Positions 42,154 to 53,597 of a stretch of DNA of 64,000 nt are shown one piece after another. The notes beneath the pieces were generated by a model. It searched no databases. It had not been told where the DNA came from and saw only the letters and a program-made list of their open reading frames with translations. Numbering within the stretch: position 1 is the first letter of the stretch; each line of letters starts with the position of its first letter. Made by a program: the position numbers and the translations under genes. The DNA is from an uncultured delta proteobacterium (GTDB lineage Bacteria > Desulfobacterota > Binatia > JACPRU01): contig CAVUWD010000008.1 in the NCBI GenBank assembly GCA_963745025.1, positions 64,001 to 128,000 of the forward strand, written 5' to 3'.

Positions 42154-44907
42154 TCATGCCGTCGCCTCGGCTTCCGACCTTCCGCGGGCAAAATACGCAC
42201 CCTTTCCAGCCTCGAGCAGCTTTGTCGAATCGAGCATTCCGAAGAGCTGAATGAGATACGCTACCCCGCCCGTCCATCCCGTCTGGTGGCTCGCGCCCAG
42301 CCCCGCCCCGTTATCCCCGTGGAAGTACTCATAGAACAGGACGTGGTCGCGCCAGTGGGGGTCGGTCTGGAACTTCTCGTTTCCACCGTAGACGGCCCGC
42401 CGGCCACGCTCGTCGCGCAGGAAGATCCGCGTGAGCCGGTCGGAGATCTCCTTGGCGACCTCGAAGAGGTTCATCATCTTGCCTGAACCGGTCGGGCATT
42501 CGATCTTGAAGTTATCGCCGTAGTACGCGTAGAAGTTCCCGAGCGCCCTGAGAAGAATGATATTGACCGGCATCCAGACCGGCCCCCGCCAGTTGGAGTT
42601 GCCGCCGAACATGCCGGTATTTGATTCGGCCGGCAGATAGTCCACGCGGTACTCCTGGCCGCCCACGTGAAACACGTACGGGTGCTGCTCGTGGAACTTG
42701 GAGATCGAGCGGATGCCGTAGGGGCTCAGGAACTCGTTCTCATCGAGCATCTTGGAGAGGATCCGGCGCAGCCGCTCCGGGTTGACCAGGGCGAGAATCC
42801 CCCGCTCGGCCACGCCGAAATGCCCCGGGCCCGTGGGGTGGATGGACTCCAGGAGCTCGGGCATCTGGCGCAGGCGTGCATAAACCGCGGCCGCGGCCCG
42901 CGGGACGCGCTCGCGCTGCGCCTTCTCGACCACCGTCGTGGCGCACAGGGGCAGGAGCCCCACCATCGAGCGCACCTTGAGCCGCGTGGCGCTGCCGTCG
43001 GGGAGCCGCAAGAGGTCGTAGTAGAAGCCGTCCTCCTCATCCCACATGCCGTCCTGCCCGGGCTTGTTCATGGCCGCGGCGATAAAGGTGAAGTGCTCCA
43101 TGAACTTGACGACCATGTCCTCGTAGCTGGGGTCGTGGGCGGCGAGCTCCGTGGCGAGCTCGAGCATGCTCTGCGTGAAGAAGGCCATCCACGACGTGCC
43201 GTCCGCCTGCTCCAGATAGCCGCCGGTCGGCAGCGGGGCGCTCCGGTCGAAGACGCCGATGTTGTCGAGACCGAGGAAGCCGCCCTCGAAGACGTTCTTG
43301 CCGAACCGATCCTTGCGATTCACCCACCAGGTGAAGTTCAGCGCGAGCTTGTTGAAGGCGGACTTGAGGAACTCGATATCCGCCTCGCCGCGCAGGGCCA
43401 GCTCGGTGCGGTGGAGGACCAAGGTCGCAAAGGCGTGCACCGGGGGGTTCACGTCGCTGAAGTTCCACTCATAGGCGGGGATCTGGCCGCTGGGGTGGAG
43501 GTACATCCCGCCGAGCATCAGTTTGAGCTGCTGCTTGGCGAAGTCGGGGTCCACGATCCCGATCGGCAGCGTGTGGAAGGCGAGGTCCCAGGCCGCGTAC
43601 CAGGGGTACTCCCACTTGTCGGGCATGGAGATAATGTCGTCGTTGATCATGTGGAACCACTCCCGGTTCCGGAAGTCGCGGCTGCCGCGATGGAGGGGGT
43701 GGGCGTGGTGCTCCTCCAGCCACGCATTGCCGTCCCAGTAGTAGTACTGCTTAGACCAGAGCATGCCGGCGATGGCCTGGCGCATCACATTGGCGGCATC
43801 CGGGGAGACCGATGGCGGAGTCACCGACTCGTAGAACGCGTCAGCCTCCCGCAGGCGGGCGGCCACTGTCTCGTCGAAGTCTTTCCCGAAGGGGACGGCG
43901 CCCCCTTCTGTCGGCGTGCGCGACCCGGCCGGAGCCTGGGCGGTGAGACGCAGCCGCACCGTCGCCGAGCGGCCGGGGCCGATCTTCAGCCGGTAGTGCG
44001 CGGCGGCCTTGGTGCCGCGCCGCTCGGGATTCACCCTCTCGTGCTGACCCTGGACCACGTAGTCGCTGATGCCGTCCTTGAGGTACGGGCCCACGTCCGG
44101 GTAGTCGAGGTGGAGTTTGGCGTGGTTGGTCGAGTTCTCGGTAAAGAGCAGCGGCGCATCACCTTCGCAGTACAGGCAGTACGACCCCAGTACGGGATGG
44201 GTTGCCGCAATGGTACTCGCGCCTGCCCGTCCCTCGAGCTGATTGAGCATCGGCTTCTCGGCGGGGTGGGTGATCCACGACGCCCAGTCGTTGCGGAACC
44301 ACAGGGTCGGCAGCACGTGCAGCTCGGCCTCCTCCGGTCCCCGATTGGCTGCCGTGATCTGCACCAGGATGTCTTCTGGGCCCGCCTTGGCGTATTCCAC
44401 GAAGACATCAAAATACCGGTCCCGCTCGAAAACCCCGGTGTCGAGGAGCTCGTACTCCATCTCGTTGCGGCTGCGCCGCCGGTTCGTCTCCACCAGGTCG
44501 GCGTAGGGATACGGTGCCTGCGGGTACTTGTATAGGAATTTCATGTACGAGTGGGTCGGCGTGCTGTCGAGGTAGAAGTAGTACTCCTTGACGTCCTCGC
44601 CGTGGTTGCCTTCGCTGTTCGTGAGCCCGAAGAGCCGCTCCTTCAGGATCGGGTCTTTGCCGTTCCACAGGGCGAGGGCGAAGCAGAGGCGCTGCTTGTC
44701 GTCGGAGATCCCGCCCAGGCCGTCCTCGCCCCAGCGATACGCCCGGGAACGGGCGTGATCATGGGTGAAGAAGTTCCAGGCATCTCCGTTTGCGCTGTAA
44801 TCCTCGCGCACCGTCCCCCACTGCCGGTCCGAGAGATACGGTCCCCATTTCCGCCAGGGAACCTCCTTGGTGCGGGCTTCTTCCAGACGACCATGCTCGA
44901 CGTCCAC
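42154..44907 (-). CDS. GH63 / MGH1-like glucosidase
   Basis: [68 protein letters not shown]. Confidence 0.92.
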   Translation of the reverse strand: MDVEHGRLEEARTKEVPWRKWGPYLSDRQWGTVREDYSANGDAWNFFTHDHARSRAYRWGEDGLGGISDDKQRLCFALALWNGKDPILKERLFGLTNSEGNHGEDVKEYYFYLDSTPTHSYMKFLYKYPQAPYPYADLVETNRRRSRNEMEYELLDTGVFERDRYFDVFVEYAKAGPEDILVQITAANRGPEEAELHVLPTLWFRNDWASWITHPAEKPMLNQLEGRAGASTIAATHPVLGSYCLYCEGDAPLLFTENSTNHAKLHLDYPDVGPYLKDGISDYVVQGQHERVNPERRGTKAAAHYRLKIGPGRSATVRLRLTAQAPAGSRTPTEGGAVPFGKDFDETVAARLREADAFYESVTPPSVSPDAANVMRQAIAGMLWSKQYYYWDGNAWLEEHHAHPLHRGSRDFRNREWFHMINDDIISMPDKWEYPWYAAWDLAFHTLPIGIVDPDFAKQQLKLMLGGMYLHPSGQIPAYEWNFSDVNPPVHAFATLVLHRTELALRGEADIEFLKSAFNKLALNFTWWVNRKDRFGKNVFEGGFLGLDNIGVFDRSAPLPTGGYLEQADGTSWMAFFTQSMLELATELAAHDPSYEDMVVKFMEHFTFIAAAMNKPGQDGMWDEEDGFYYDLLRLPDGSATRLKVRSMVGLLPLCATTVVEKAQRERVPRAAAAVYARLRQMPELLESIHPTGPGHFGVAERGILALVNPERLRRILSKMLDENEFLSPYGIRSISKFHEQHPYVFHVGGQEYRVDYLPAESNTGMFGGNSNWRGPVWMPVNIILLRALGNFYAYYGDNFKIECPTGSGKMMNLFEVAKEISDRLTRIFLRDERGRRAVYGGNEKFQTDPHWRDHVLFYEYFHGDNGAGLGASHQTGWTGGVAYLIQLFGMLDSTKLLEAGKGAYFARGRSEAEATA

Positions 44908-44974
44908 CTGTTGCCTCCTTCACTTCCCGACCTCTTGTCCTTCGTTCGTTTCCGCGCTCCGGGCGGACCGGGAA

Positions 44975-45002
44975 TAGGCCGTATTAGCTAGGCCGTATTA
45001 GC
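44975..45002 (+). repeat. Tandem 14-bp repeat TAGGCCGTATTAGC x2
   Basis: Read directly, upstream of GH63. Confidence 0.8.
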
Positions 45003-45255
45003 GCCCTCTAAGGCTCGACCACAAACGCGCAAAGCCCCACTGCTGCCCCGGAATGTCCCTTTTCTGCGGAGCACACAAGGCGCTTGTCAACCAGCTCGGG
45101 CTGAAGTGATGGTGTTCCTGTCGCCCCTAGCGCTGGGCACGTAGCGCGAGCCGCTGAGCGGCTATAGAAACGCCACCCGTGGCGTTTCCGGGGAGTTTTA
45201 AGGGCTTTCCGGAGCAGCCTAGACCGGAAATTCTGTTGGATTCTCGGAGACGACT

Positions 45256-45360
45256 ACGGGTTCAAATCCCGTCGGGGACGTGAACCATCTTCGCAGGGCT
45301 GCCGCAACTAGGATACCACCTCTGCGGTGGCCGGCTCGGCGACTTTCCCTGAGCGTTGCC
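45256..45360 (+). repeat. tRNA-Glu-like 3' end plus copy 2 of the 97-bp repeat (integrase 3' remnant)
   Basis: ACGGGTTCAAATCCCGTCGGGGACG followed by match to 36176-36272. Confidence 0.88.
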
Positions 45361-45362
45361 GC

Positions 45363-45623
45363 TCACCACACGCCACGTAACAGGCGCCAGGGTACCGCCT
45401 GCATATAGGCGCGATAGGCGTCCCCGCGCGCCGTAATGAGGCGGCCTTCCTCGATCGGGATGAAGAAGATGAACGTCGCGCCGATCATCAGGCTCCACAG
45501 AAGTTGGCCGAGATTACAGTGCAGGAAAAGAGTGCAGACGGCCGCGCCGGTGGCGGCCCGGTACATCGGGTGACGGACTTGGGCGTACTGTCCCTCGGTC
45601 AACAGAGGAGTCTGGCCTTCCAT
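45363..45623 (-). pseudogene. C-terminal fragment of isoprenylcysteine/phospholipid methyltransferase family protein
   Basis: LLTEGQYAQVRHPMY...IEEGRL...GDAYRAYMQAVPWR. Confidence 0.7.
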
Positions 45624-45991
45624 ACGGTCTCCTTGGCGCTGGCGGGGCTGTCTACATCCTCAACCGCGAACGCGTCCATCCGCTGAATATTCCGTTCACG
45701 GAGGCGATCAAGTCCATCTCCCGTTGGGGTTCGGGAGCGAAGGACCTGGTAGCCGCCATGGAGTCACCGAAAACTTGACGCTCTCTTCATCCTTGGACAA
45801 GTCGGAATTCTCCGCCGCCGTTATCCGCCGTGTCCTGGGAATGCTCAGCGCACCGAGGAACGATCCGTTCATATCCAGCGTTCGCCTGCCGACGAGGCCG
45901 ATCGCCGGCATCGGCAGCTGCCGCCCTCCCGTGGCGAGCGGCCAAGAAGCTGCCGCACCACCCAGCAAACGACAACTGCGACGTCTCAGAA

Positions 45992-47726
45992 CTATTTCCG
46001 ATCAAAATGCCACGAGCCATCCCAATCGGCGGCAAGCGGACTTTTCTCTAAGCTCTCGACCCGGCTCAATAGTGTCATCGAGGGCCCGTCGCCGGGGACG
46101 GCTTCGAGTGCCGCAGCAAAGGAGCGGCGCGCTTCATCCCAGCGACCCGCTCGATACGCGACAACACCCTCAGAATACCGAGTCCGCAACATACTTTCTT
46201 CCGGCCTTAGTTCCCCCTTTCGGCCCATGATCTCAAACACGACCTGCGGCCGCGTCTGGCCAACCACTACCACGCGATCAATTTCGCGCACCTCAATGGC
46301 TGTTCCGGCGGCAGCGATAGTGGCTTCCGAGACCAAGGATCGACTGCCGTATGCCTTGTTCGCCGTCTCGAGCCGCGCCGCGAGATTCACCGTGTCACCC
46401 ATGACGGTGTAGCTCATCATAAATTCCGAACCGATGCTGCCGACCAGCGCTTCGCCGGTGGCGATACCGATCCGAATGTCGCATTCTATGGGCATGGCAC
46501 GCACCCCCAGCAGTTCAGGCAGCTCCTTACGCAACGTCGCTACTCGATCAATCATGTCGATCGCGGCCAGACATGCGAAACGGGCCTGGTCTGTTTCTTC
46601 GATAAATGGGGCACCCCAGTATGCCATTATGGCATCACCAATGTACTTGTCGATGATGCCCCGATGATTGCGAATTGGTTCCGACATGGTCGCCAGGTAG
46701 CGGTTCATGACTTTGACGAGACCCTGTGGCGTCATGCCTTCGCTCAGGGCTGTGAACCCCTTCATGTCGCAGAACATAACGGTCATGATCCGACGCCGAC
46801 CCTCAGTGGCAGCCAACGCCGGCTGATCAATCAATCCTTCCACGACCCGCGGGTCGATGTATCTGCCGAAGGTTTCACGGATTCGCTCGTTGTGACGCAA
46901 TTGCTCGATCATGCGATTAAACGCCGTCGACAGTTGGCCTATCTCGTCCCGAGTGGTGACATCGATGGATCTACCTAGATGTCCGGCTTCGACGTCTCGT
47001 GTGCCCTCTAGCAAGCGCTGAACCGGACGGGTGATGCCACTGCTGACGAGTGTCGCGACAGCCAGCCCGACGATTGCAGCGAGTCGCTGTCACAATCGCA
47101 GAGATCACTATCGCGCGTCGCTGACCGCCCATCGCGGTCGAGGCGCTGGCAATGACCTGTTTCAGCATGTCAGCTCGGATCGTATCGATCTTCTGGTTGA
47201 ATTCGTCGCGAAGTGAATCTACTCGCGCGAGGCCCAGTCTGACTTCCGCGAAATCCCGCGCTTCGAGATGGGAAAGTAGTTGGGATATCTCTTGATTCAT
47301 ACGACGGCGGAGATCATTGCTTGCGGCATCGATTCGTGTCTCGATACGCGCCAGCGCAGCATTATCTGAGGGCGTGCTGACGTCATCGATGATCGCGATG
47401 ATGAGCTTACGCGCGGCCTCCGATTCCTGATCGATTTCGGGACCATTCTGTTCAAACATCTTCAGACGAGCGGCATAGTCTGTTTCATCTGGCGGAATCT
47501 GCATTTTGGCGATGACCATCCGGCGAAGCGCCAGGGCGCGTTCTAGTGACCGGACATTCATCCGTGCCAAATGACTATAGGCCGGGACGTATTTGGTCGT
47601 CAACTCATCGAGCAATTGACCGACTCTGGCCGCCATTAGCATCGACAGCGCCGACGTGATCACCATCAGAACGATCAGTCCAACGGCTATACTGACGATT
47701 TTCCTCTTGATTGATCGCCGGAACAT
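45992..47726 (-). CDS. HAMP-containing class III adenylate/guanylate cyclase (frameshift near 47085)
   Basis: TM, periplasmic helices, RDEIGQLSTAFN, VMFCDMKGFT, IDKYIGDAIMA, YTVMGDTVNLAARLE. Confidence 0.9.
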
Positions 47727-48564
47727 CAAAGGGCGCTCGTTGGCGTCATACGTCTCAGCTGAGGGGCGTCTGACCTGCCCGGCAAGGCGATGGCAGTATC
47801 GCAACCGTATGCGAGTGTGCAACGGAGTATAGTGTGGCTCTTGCCGTGTGGAAACTCGTGCATCGGGCTAGGGTAACGAGCGCAATCCGCCAAGGGACAT
47901 CCGGTCATAAGTTTCGAGCATTTTCGAGCTTCATCATGCTCAGTGCCACCAAGACGCGACAGAAGGACGCCTAAGAGCAACACGCCGCTCAGCGCCAATC
48001 GCCCCTTAAATATCATCGTCGTTGTGCCTCTTCCCGATGGCGATAGATCGGGACGCTCTCGGAGATTCGACTGTATTGGCGAGGCAACCGCACACTCAAT
48101 GGCTCGCCCCAGCGCATATCACCGATCTGTTCGTACAGGGAAACGCTCAACCGAGCGGGACGGCAAGAGCCGGTCACCGTAGAGCGATGCGGCGCACTCC
48201 TCGATTGTCTCGGGTTCGCCTGTGTGGAGTGAGCCCAGCGCACGACTCTTCTCGGATTCGAGTCCGGCGATGTGCGCGCTCGAATACTCAACAACGCCGC
48301 CGTTGCCGATCTCGATCGGCCCGTCGCCACTCCCTGTCGTCGGTCACCAGGCGCGACGGGCACTGGGAGGTCGCCGAAACGTCTCAGAAGGGGCGGGCTG
48401 TGCCCGAACTGTGCCAACCACGCGGGCTACTCGACCACGCGGTGTCCGTTTGCGGGGGCGTGGGCGACTTTGCTCCTGTGAATCCCTTCCTGCCCTGGAC
48501 GAACGCAGGCTCGGCGGCGAGTCGACACGATCGGGCCGACGAGACTAAATAGAAGCGCAGAGCG

Positions 48565-49290
48565 ATGCCGAACCTGTACAATCTCGGGGACCGCGCGACC
48601 AGCCGATCGCAACGAGCGCTGCAGGCCGTGCGCTCGCACGTGCAGCCGGGCTCGTTCCCGCTGCTCCTCGTTGCGGGCCTGCTCGCCTACATATTGAACG
48701 GGCTGGCGGCCGACTCGACCGCAAGTGCGATACTCGTGCAGGTCGGCCGCGCCGGTGTGATCTGCGCGGGCCTCTACGTGCTGAGCGCAAACCGCGTCAC
48801 GGTGTGGCTCGGGGTCTTAGTGACGGGGCTCTTCATCACGCTCCAAGCTCGGTTGTGGCCGCTCGATCCGCAGGTCAGGCGGGTGTTGGAGGATTCGGTC
48901 GCGATGGGCTTCGTCTTCTGGGTCCTCGTCGTCGTGCTTCGCGAGGTCTTCCGTTCCACCACGACGGAGAGGAACGCGATCGTCGGGGCGCTGTGCGGCT
49001 TCGTGCTCATCGTCTCGGTCTTCACGCGTCTGCACAGCCTGATCGAGGCGCTGTGGCCGGGCTCGTATCACACGGACGGTCCGCCGCTTTTGGAGCGCTC
49101 GGACATGATGCTGACCGCCGTCTTCCAGTACTTCAGCACCATCACCGTAACCACGGTCGGGTTCGGTGACATCGTTCCCGTCACGCCAGCCGCCAGGCTC
49201 GCGACGGGGCTGGAGGCGATCGTGGGTCAGCTCTACCTGGCGGTCGTGATCGCGACCCTCGTCGGGCGGGTCGCCGCTCGCCGAGACTGA
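48565..49290 (+). CDS. Potassium channel family protein
   Basis: YFSTITVTTVGFGDIVP selectivity filter, EAIVGQLYLAV. Confidence 0.88.
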   Translation: MPNLYNLGDRATSRSQRALQAVRSHVQPGSFPLLLVAGLLAYILNGLAADSTASAILVQVGRAGVICAGLYVLSANRVTVWLGVLVTGLFITLQARLWPLDPQVRRVLEDSVAMGFVFWVLVVVLREVFRSTTTERNAIVGALCGFVLIVSVFTRLHSLIEALWPGSYHTDGPPLLERSDMMLTAVFQYFSTITVTTVGFGDIVPVTPAARLATGLEAIVGQLYLAVVIATLVGRVAARRD

Positions 49291-49329
49291 CGTCACGCCG
49301 TGGCGTCGTTGTCACGCTGGGGCGACCCC

Positions 49330-49725
49330 CTGCTGTCCAAGACAGTTCTGAAGGGGTACGGCGTCCATCGTGATGTTCGGGATTTTTGGCGGACAGGAGC
49401 ACGAATGCGGCGGCCAGGCCCCCGGTCTGCTGTCCAGGATTCAGGCAAGGGCAGCTCTGCCTGAAGCGGCTCGGGAATCTCGGGCGGCGTCTCGAAGGGA
49501 CGATCCAGCCAGGACCACAGATCGCGGTGAACGAAGAGATTCATGCGCAACAGCGCCACGAGATTGGAGAGCGACCAGCCAAGCGCGATCGCAACTGCAG
49601 GAAGTGAAGGACGAGGATGGCGATCAGCGCCGTCCAGATCTGCACGCGAAGCGCATTCGGCGAGGTGCCGACGAAGGTTTTGATCTTGAGATTCTGCTTG
49701 AGCGCCTTGAAGAAGGGTTCGAAGC
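49330..49725 (-). mobile_element. IS4-family transposase 3' remnant
   Basis: FFKALKQNLKIKTFVGTSPNALRVQIWTALIA / LLRMNLFVHRDLWSWLDRPF. Confidence 0.8.
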
Positions 49726-49884
49726 GGCGCGTGCGCACACGGGTAGCCGCCGTGGCCGAGGATGATCTAGATCGACGGGGGCCAGACCGTACGTCGCGGC
49801 GGTCGCCACCGAGCTGCGCGCCATTGCCCCATAGGTACTTCTCCATCGCCGCTGCACCGCCGTCGGTGCCGGCGTCGGCGGCGT

Positions 49885-50017
49885 CGACGGCGGACACCGC
49901 GTGCTCGCTTCGCAGTTGCTCCATCCCTTCGCGGCTCGTCGGCGCCTCTCCGCGTGCCACGACCTTCCCATCCTCGTCTTCGATGACGAACACGCTCTGC
50001 TTGCTGTGAACGTCTAG
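49885..50017 (-). pseudogene. IS110-family transposase N-terminal remnant
   Basis: LDVHSKQSVFVIEDEDGKVVARGEAPTSREG. Confidence 0.65.
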
Positions 50018-50130
50018 TCAGAAGTTCCTCGACTTCCCAGTCTTGAAGTCTGGAGGAAGGGTCGAGGAGTCAGGGGGTTAGCGATTTTATGCCCCTGCAT
50101 TGTGTAGCCATGTAGATTCGTGTGTGTGGC

Positions 50131-50158
50131 TTGAAAAGATGGCATCAATGTGTATAAT
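50131..50158 (+). promoter_or_regulatory. Sigma70-like promoter of IS1634 transposase
   Basis: TTGAAA-N16-TATAAT, 6 nt before the ATG (would be leaderless). Confidence 0.5.
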
Positions 50159-50164
50159 GCACCC

Positions 50165-51850
50165 ATGCATGTCGATGTGGTGCCGAACCGCGGTTCTCGC
50201 CCGGCGTATCTGCTGCGTGAATCGTTCCGCGAAGGCGCCAAAGTCAGAAAGCGCACCCTCGCCAACCTCTCCTCCCTGCCCGATGAGCAGATCTTCGCCA
50301 TCCGTGCGATCTTGCGAGGCGAGAAGCTTCACCCCGCCGATGAGCTCTTCGAGGCCATTGCCTCGAGGCCTCACGGTCACATCGAAGCCGTGCGTGTAGC
50401 CATGCAGCAACTCGGTTTCGAGCCGCTCGTGGCCTCACGTGGGTGTCGGGAGCGCGATCTGGTGTGCGCGATGGTGGCCGCTCGCATCATCGCCCCGCAC
50501 ACCAAGCTCGCCACCACCCGCTGGTGGCACACCACCACCTTGGCCGAGGACCTCCGTGTGGCCGATGCCGACGAGGACGATCTCTACGCGGCGATGGACT
50601 GGCTGCTCGAGCGTCAGGGGACGATCGAGAAGAAGCTCGCCACGCGCCATCTCGGCGAGGGGAGCCTGGTGCTGTACGACTTGAGCTCGAGCTACTTCGA
50701 GGGGACGACCTGTTCGCTGGCCAAGCTCGGGCACGATCGCGACGGCAAGAAGGGCAAGCTGCAGGTGAACTACGGGCTGCTCACCGATCGGCGTGGTTGC
50801 CCGGTGGCGGTGTCGGTCTACGACGGCAATACCAGCGACCCCAAGACCCTCATGCCGCAAGTCCACAAGCTCAAGAAGGACTTCGGCATCCAGACCCTGG
50901 TCCTGGTCGGCGACCGAGGGATGATTTCACAGAAGGCCATCGACGAGCTGCGGGAGCAGGACCAAGTCGCCTGGATCACGGCGCTCAAGACCCGTCAGAT
51001 TCGAGCGCTGGTGGAAGGGGGGCAGCTTCAGCTCGGGCTCTTCGACGAGAAGAACCTCTTCGAGCTCTCGCACCCGGACTTTCCTGCCGAGCGCCTGATC
51101 GCATGCCGCAACCCGCAGCTAGCGAAGCTGCGCAATCACAAGCGGCAGTCCCTGCTCGATGCCACCGAGAAGGAGCTCGAGAAGGTCAGGGGCATGGTCG
51201 AGCGGGGGCGCCTTTCGGGCCGCGACGCTATCGGCGTGCGCGTGGGCAAGGTCGTCAACAAGTACAAGGTCGCCAAGCACTTCGCGCTCGACATCGAGGA
51301 GCACCGCTTCGGCTTCCATCGGCTCGAGGACGACATCGCTTCGGAAGCGGCCCTCGACGGCATCTACATCATCCGCACGAGCCTCGGGAAAAAGCAGATG
51401 ACGGCCGCCGACTGCGTGCGTAACTACAAGTCCCTGGCTCAGGTCGAGCGGGCGTTTCGATCGCTGAAGACCATCGATCTGAAGATCCGCCCCATCCACC
51501 ATCACCTCGCCGACCGCGTCAGAAGCCACATCTTCCTCTGCATGCTCGCCTACTATGTCGAGTGGCACATGCGAGAGGCCTGGCGCCCCTTGCTCTTCGC
51601 CGACGAGGATCCACTCGCCAAGACCGCCAAGCGCTCCGCGGCCGCCGAGGCCAAGGCCGCCTCTCATCTCCTCGACGACGGCACCCCCGCCCACAGCTTC
51701 TCCACCCTTCAACAGGAACTCGCCACCATCGTCCGCAACACCTGCCGCGCCCCCCACGCCGGCGACGACGCCCCAACCTTCAAGATCACCACTACTCCCA
51801 ACCCGAAGCAGCGTCGCGCCCTCGAACTCCTCAACGCCATCCACTTGTAG
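50165..51850 (+). CDS. IS1634-family DDE transposase
   Basis: LLRESFREGAKVRKRTLANLS, LYDLSSSYFEG, VGDRGM, YKSLAQVERAFR. Confidence 0.93.
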   Translation: MHVDVVPNRGSRPAYLLRESFREGAKVRKRTLANLSSLPDEQIFAIRAILRGEKLHPADELFEAIASRPHGHIEAVRVAMQQLGFEPLVASRGCRERDLVCAMVAARIIAPHTKLATTRWWHTTTLAEDLRVADADEDDLYAAMDWLLERQGTIEKKLATRHLGEGSLVLYDLSSSYFEGTTCSLAKLGHDRDGKKGKLQVNYGLLTDRRGCPVAVSVYDGNTSDPKTLMPQVHKLKKDFGIQTLVLVGDRGMISQKAIDELREQDQVAWITALKTRQIRALVEGGQLQLGLFDEKNLFELSHPDFPAERLIACRNPQLAKLRNHKRQSLLDATEKELEKVRGMVERGRLSGRDAIGVRVGKVVNKYKVAKHFALDIEEHRFGFHRLEDDIASEAALDGIYIIRTSLGKKQMTAADCVRNYKSLAQVERAFRSLKTIDLKIRPIHHHLADRVRSHIFLCMLAYYVEWHMREAWRPLLFADEDPLAKTAKRSAAAEAKAASHLLDDGTPAHSFSTLQQELATIVRNTCRAPHAGDDAPTFKITTTPNPKQRRALELLNAIHL

Positions 51851-51949
51851 ACAGAAACTCGCACACCTGATTCGGTCTATCTCCCCGAATCATGAAAGGA
51901 TTCCGCTCGAACCAGCGGGGAACTTTAGTCTAGCCTCGACGGACAGTAT

Positions 51950-52375
51950 GCCAATCTCGAGCAGCCGACCTCTGTCGTCTTCAACGGACGCCCCGAGGCC
52001 CTCTACGGACAGCGCGCGATCGGAGTGCTCGGCGGCCCGATCCGGGCCGGAGAAACGGTGCGGCTCTTCGTGGGTGACATCGGTCCGAACCTCGCCTCGA
52101 GCTTTCACATGATCGGCGCGATGTTCGACAAGGTCTACGTCGAAGGATCGTTCGGCCTGGTGAACACGGACGTGCAGATCACGCTGATCCTGTCTGGTGG
52201 AGCGGTCGCCGTGGAGACGAAGTTCGTGATCCCCGGCGACTACCTGATCGTTGACCACTCGATCTTTCGACTCCACAAGGGGGCCTCCGCAGTCGTCCAC
52301 GTCGAGGGTCCTGAGAACAAGTCGATCTTCGAGCCAAAGGGCTACAGCGAGGGAATCCGAGAGGGGATCCAGTAG
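51950..52375 (+). pseudogene. nirK: C-terminal fragment of copper nitrite reductase
   Basis: VVFNG, GETVRLFVGDIGPNLASSFHMIGAMFDKVYVEG, PGDYLIVDHSIFR. Confidence 0.8.
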
Positions 52376-52436
52376 GCGGCCGAAGCGACGGCGATCCAAT
52401 GCCGACGCGACAACTGCGACGCGCAGGAGGGAGCAC

Positions 52437-52934
52437 CTGCCCAAACTCATTCACGGGTTCCTGAGTCGGGACCATAAGCGGCTCGACGCGCTGCTCGCTC
52501 GGGCGACCTCTGCCCACGAGAACATCGACATGGCTGCCTACGACGAGTTTCGCGCAGGCCTGCTCAGGCACATCGCGATGGAGGAGAAGGTTCTCCTCCC
52601 CGCCGTGCAGGAGTCGCACGGCGGCCTGCCCCTGCCGGTCGCAAAGCGATTGCGCCTCGTTCACGGCGCGTTGGCGGCGCTGCTGGTGCCGACCCCGACT
52701 GCCGCGATTGTGGCGACGATCCAACGCATCCTGAGGGAACACAAACGAGTCGAAGAGAGGCCGGGAGGCGTCTACGAGACCTGCGAGCGGCTGGCCGGCT
52801 CCGGCGTTGAGAACCTGCTCTTGCGTCTGCGAGCAGTGTCCGCGGTTCCGGTCGCCAGGCACAAGGACGGCCCCCTTGTGATGGACGCCGCCCGCCGGGC
52901 CCTCCTGCGGGCTGGCTACAGCCTCGATCAATGA
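52437..52934 (+). CDS. Hemerythrin (HHE) domain protein
   Basis: DHKRLD, LLRHIAMEEKVLLP, LRLVHG, EHKRVEE; start uncertain. Confidence 0.78.
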   Translation: MPKLIHGFLSRDHKRLDALLARATSAHENIDMAAYDEFRAGLLRHIAMEEKVLLPAVQESHGGLPLPVAKRLRLVHGALAALLVPTPTAAIVATIQRILREHKRVEERPGGVYETCERLAGSGVENLLLRLRAVSAVPVARHKDGPLVMDAARRALLRAGYSLDQ

Positions 52935-53288
52935 TCCCGCGAGGCATCGACTCCGTGTAGAGCTATGGTTCGCCTTCGGGTGATCGAGGCCGGAGATTCG
53001 TTCCGCGGGGTTGATGGCGGTGGGCTTTGGCGACCACAGCAATCATCTTCTGACCGCAAAACACCCGCATCGGTAAAGAGCTAGAAGCGTCGGGGCGACC
53101 TCCGAATCTGGAGGTCGAAACTAGGACGCTCGCTGCTCGAGGAATGGCGCGATGCCGACGCCGCCCGCACCGAGCCGCCGCGGGTTTTGTCGATGCACTT
53201 TCGGCAAAGAGAAGCGCAACCATGATGACCCGCGCCGCACGCGGCCTTTCAACGCCGAGGCCTACGCCGCGCGAGCGCATTGACGCGC

Positions 53289-53597
53289 TCAGGCGTACCG
53301 AGGGATCGGGCCGTTGTGCGGTGTCGTGCGACCAGAGAAATCGAAAGAGACCTCGTCGACATAGCACCAGCCCCAACCTTCCGGCGGGTCATAGCCTTCG
53401 ATGATGGGATGACGGGTAGCGTGGAAGTGCTTGGTGGCGTGACGGTTCGGCGAGCTGTCGCAACAGCCCACATGGCCGCACGTCCGGCAGAGGCGAAGAT
53501 GGACCCACACCGAACCGATTTTCAGACACTCCTCGCAACCCAGCGCGCTGGGGGTCACCTGGCGGATGCTCGCCGTATGGGTGCATTCCTTATCCAT
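53289..53597 (-). CDS. UBP-type zinc finger protein
   Basis: CTH...CEEC...WVHLRLCRTCGHVGCCDSSPNRHATKHF. Confidence 0.9.
   Translation of the reverse strand: MDKECTHTASIRQVTPSALGCEECLKIGSVWVHLRLCRTCGHVGCCDSSPNRHATKHFHATRHPIIEGYDPPEGWGWCYVDEVSFDFSGRTTPHNGPIPRYA

Larger units (their letters stand above)
50014..51933 (+). mobile_element. IS1634-family insertion sequence
   Basis: Imperfect inverted ends CTAGTCAGAAGTTCC / GGAACTTTAGTCTAG with CTAG at both flanks. Confidence 0.9.
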
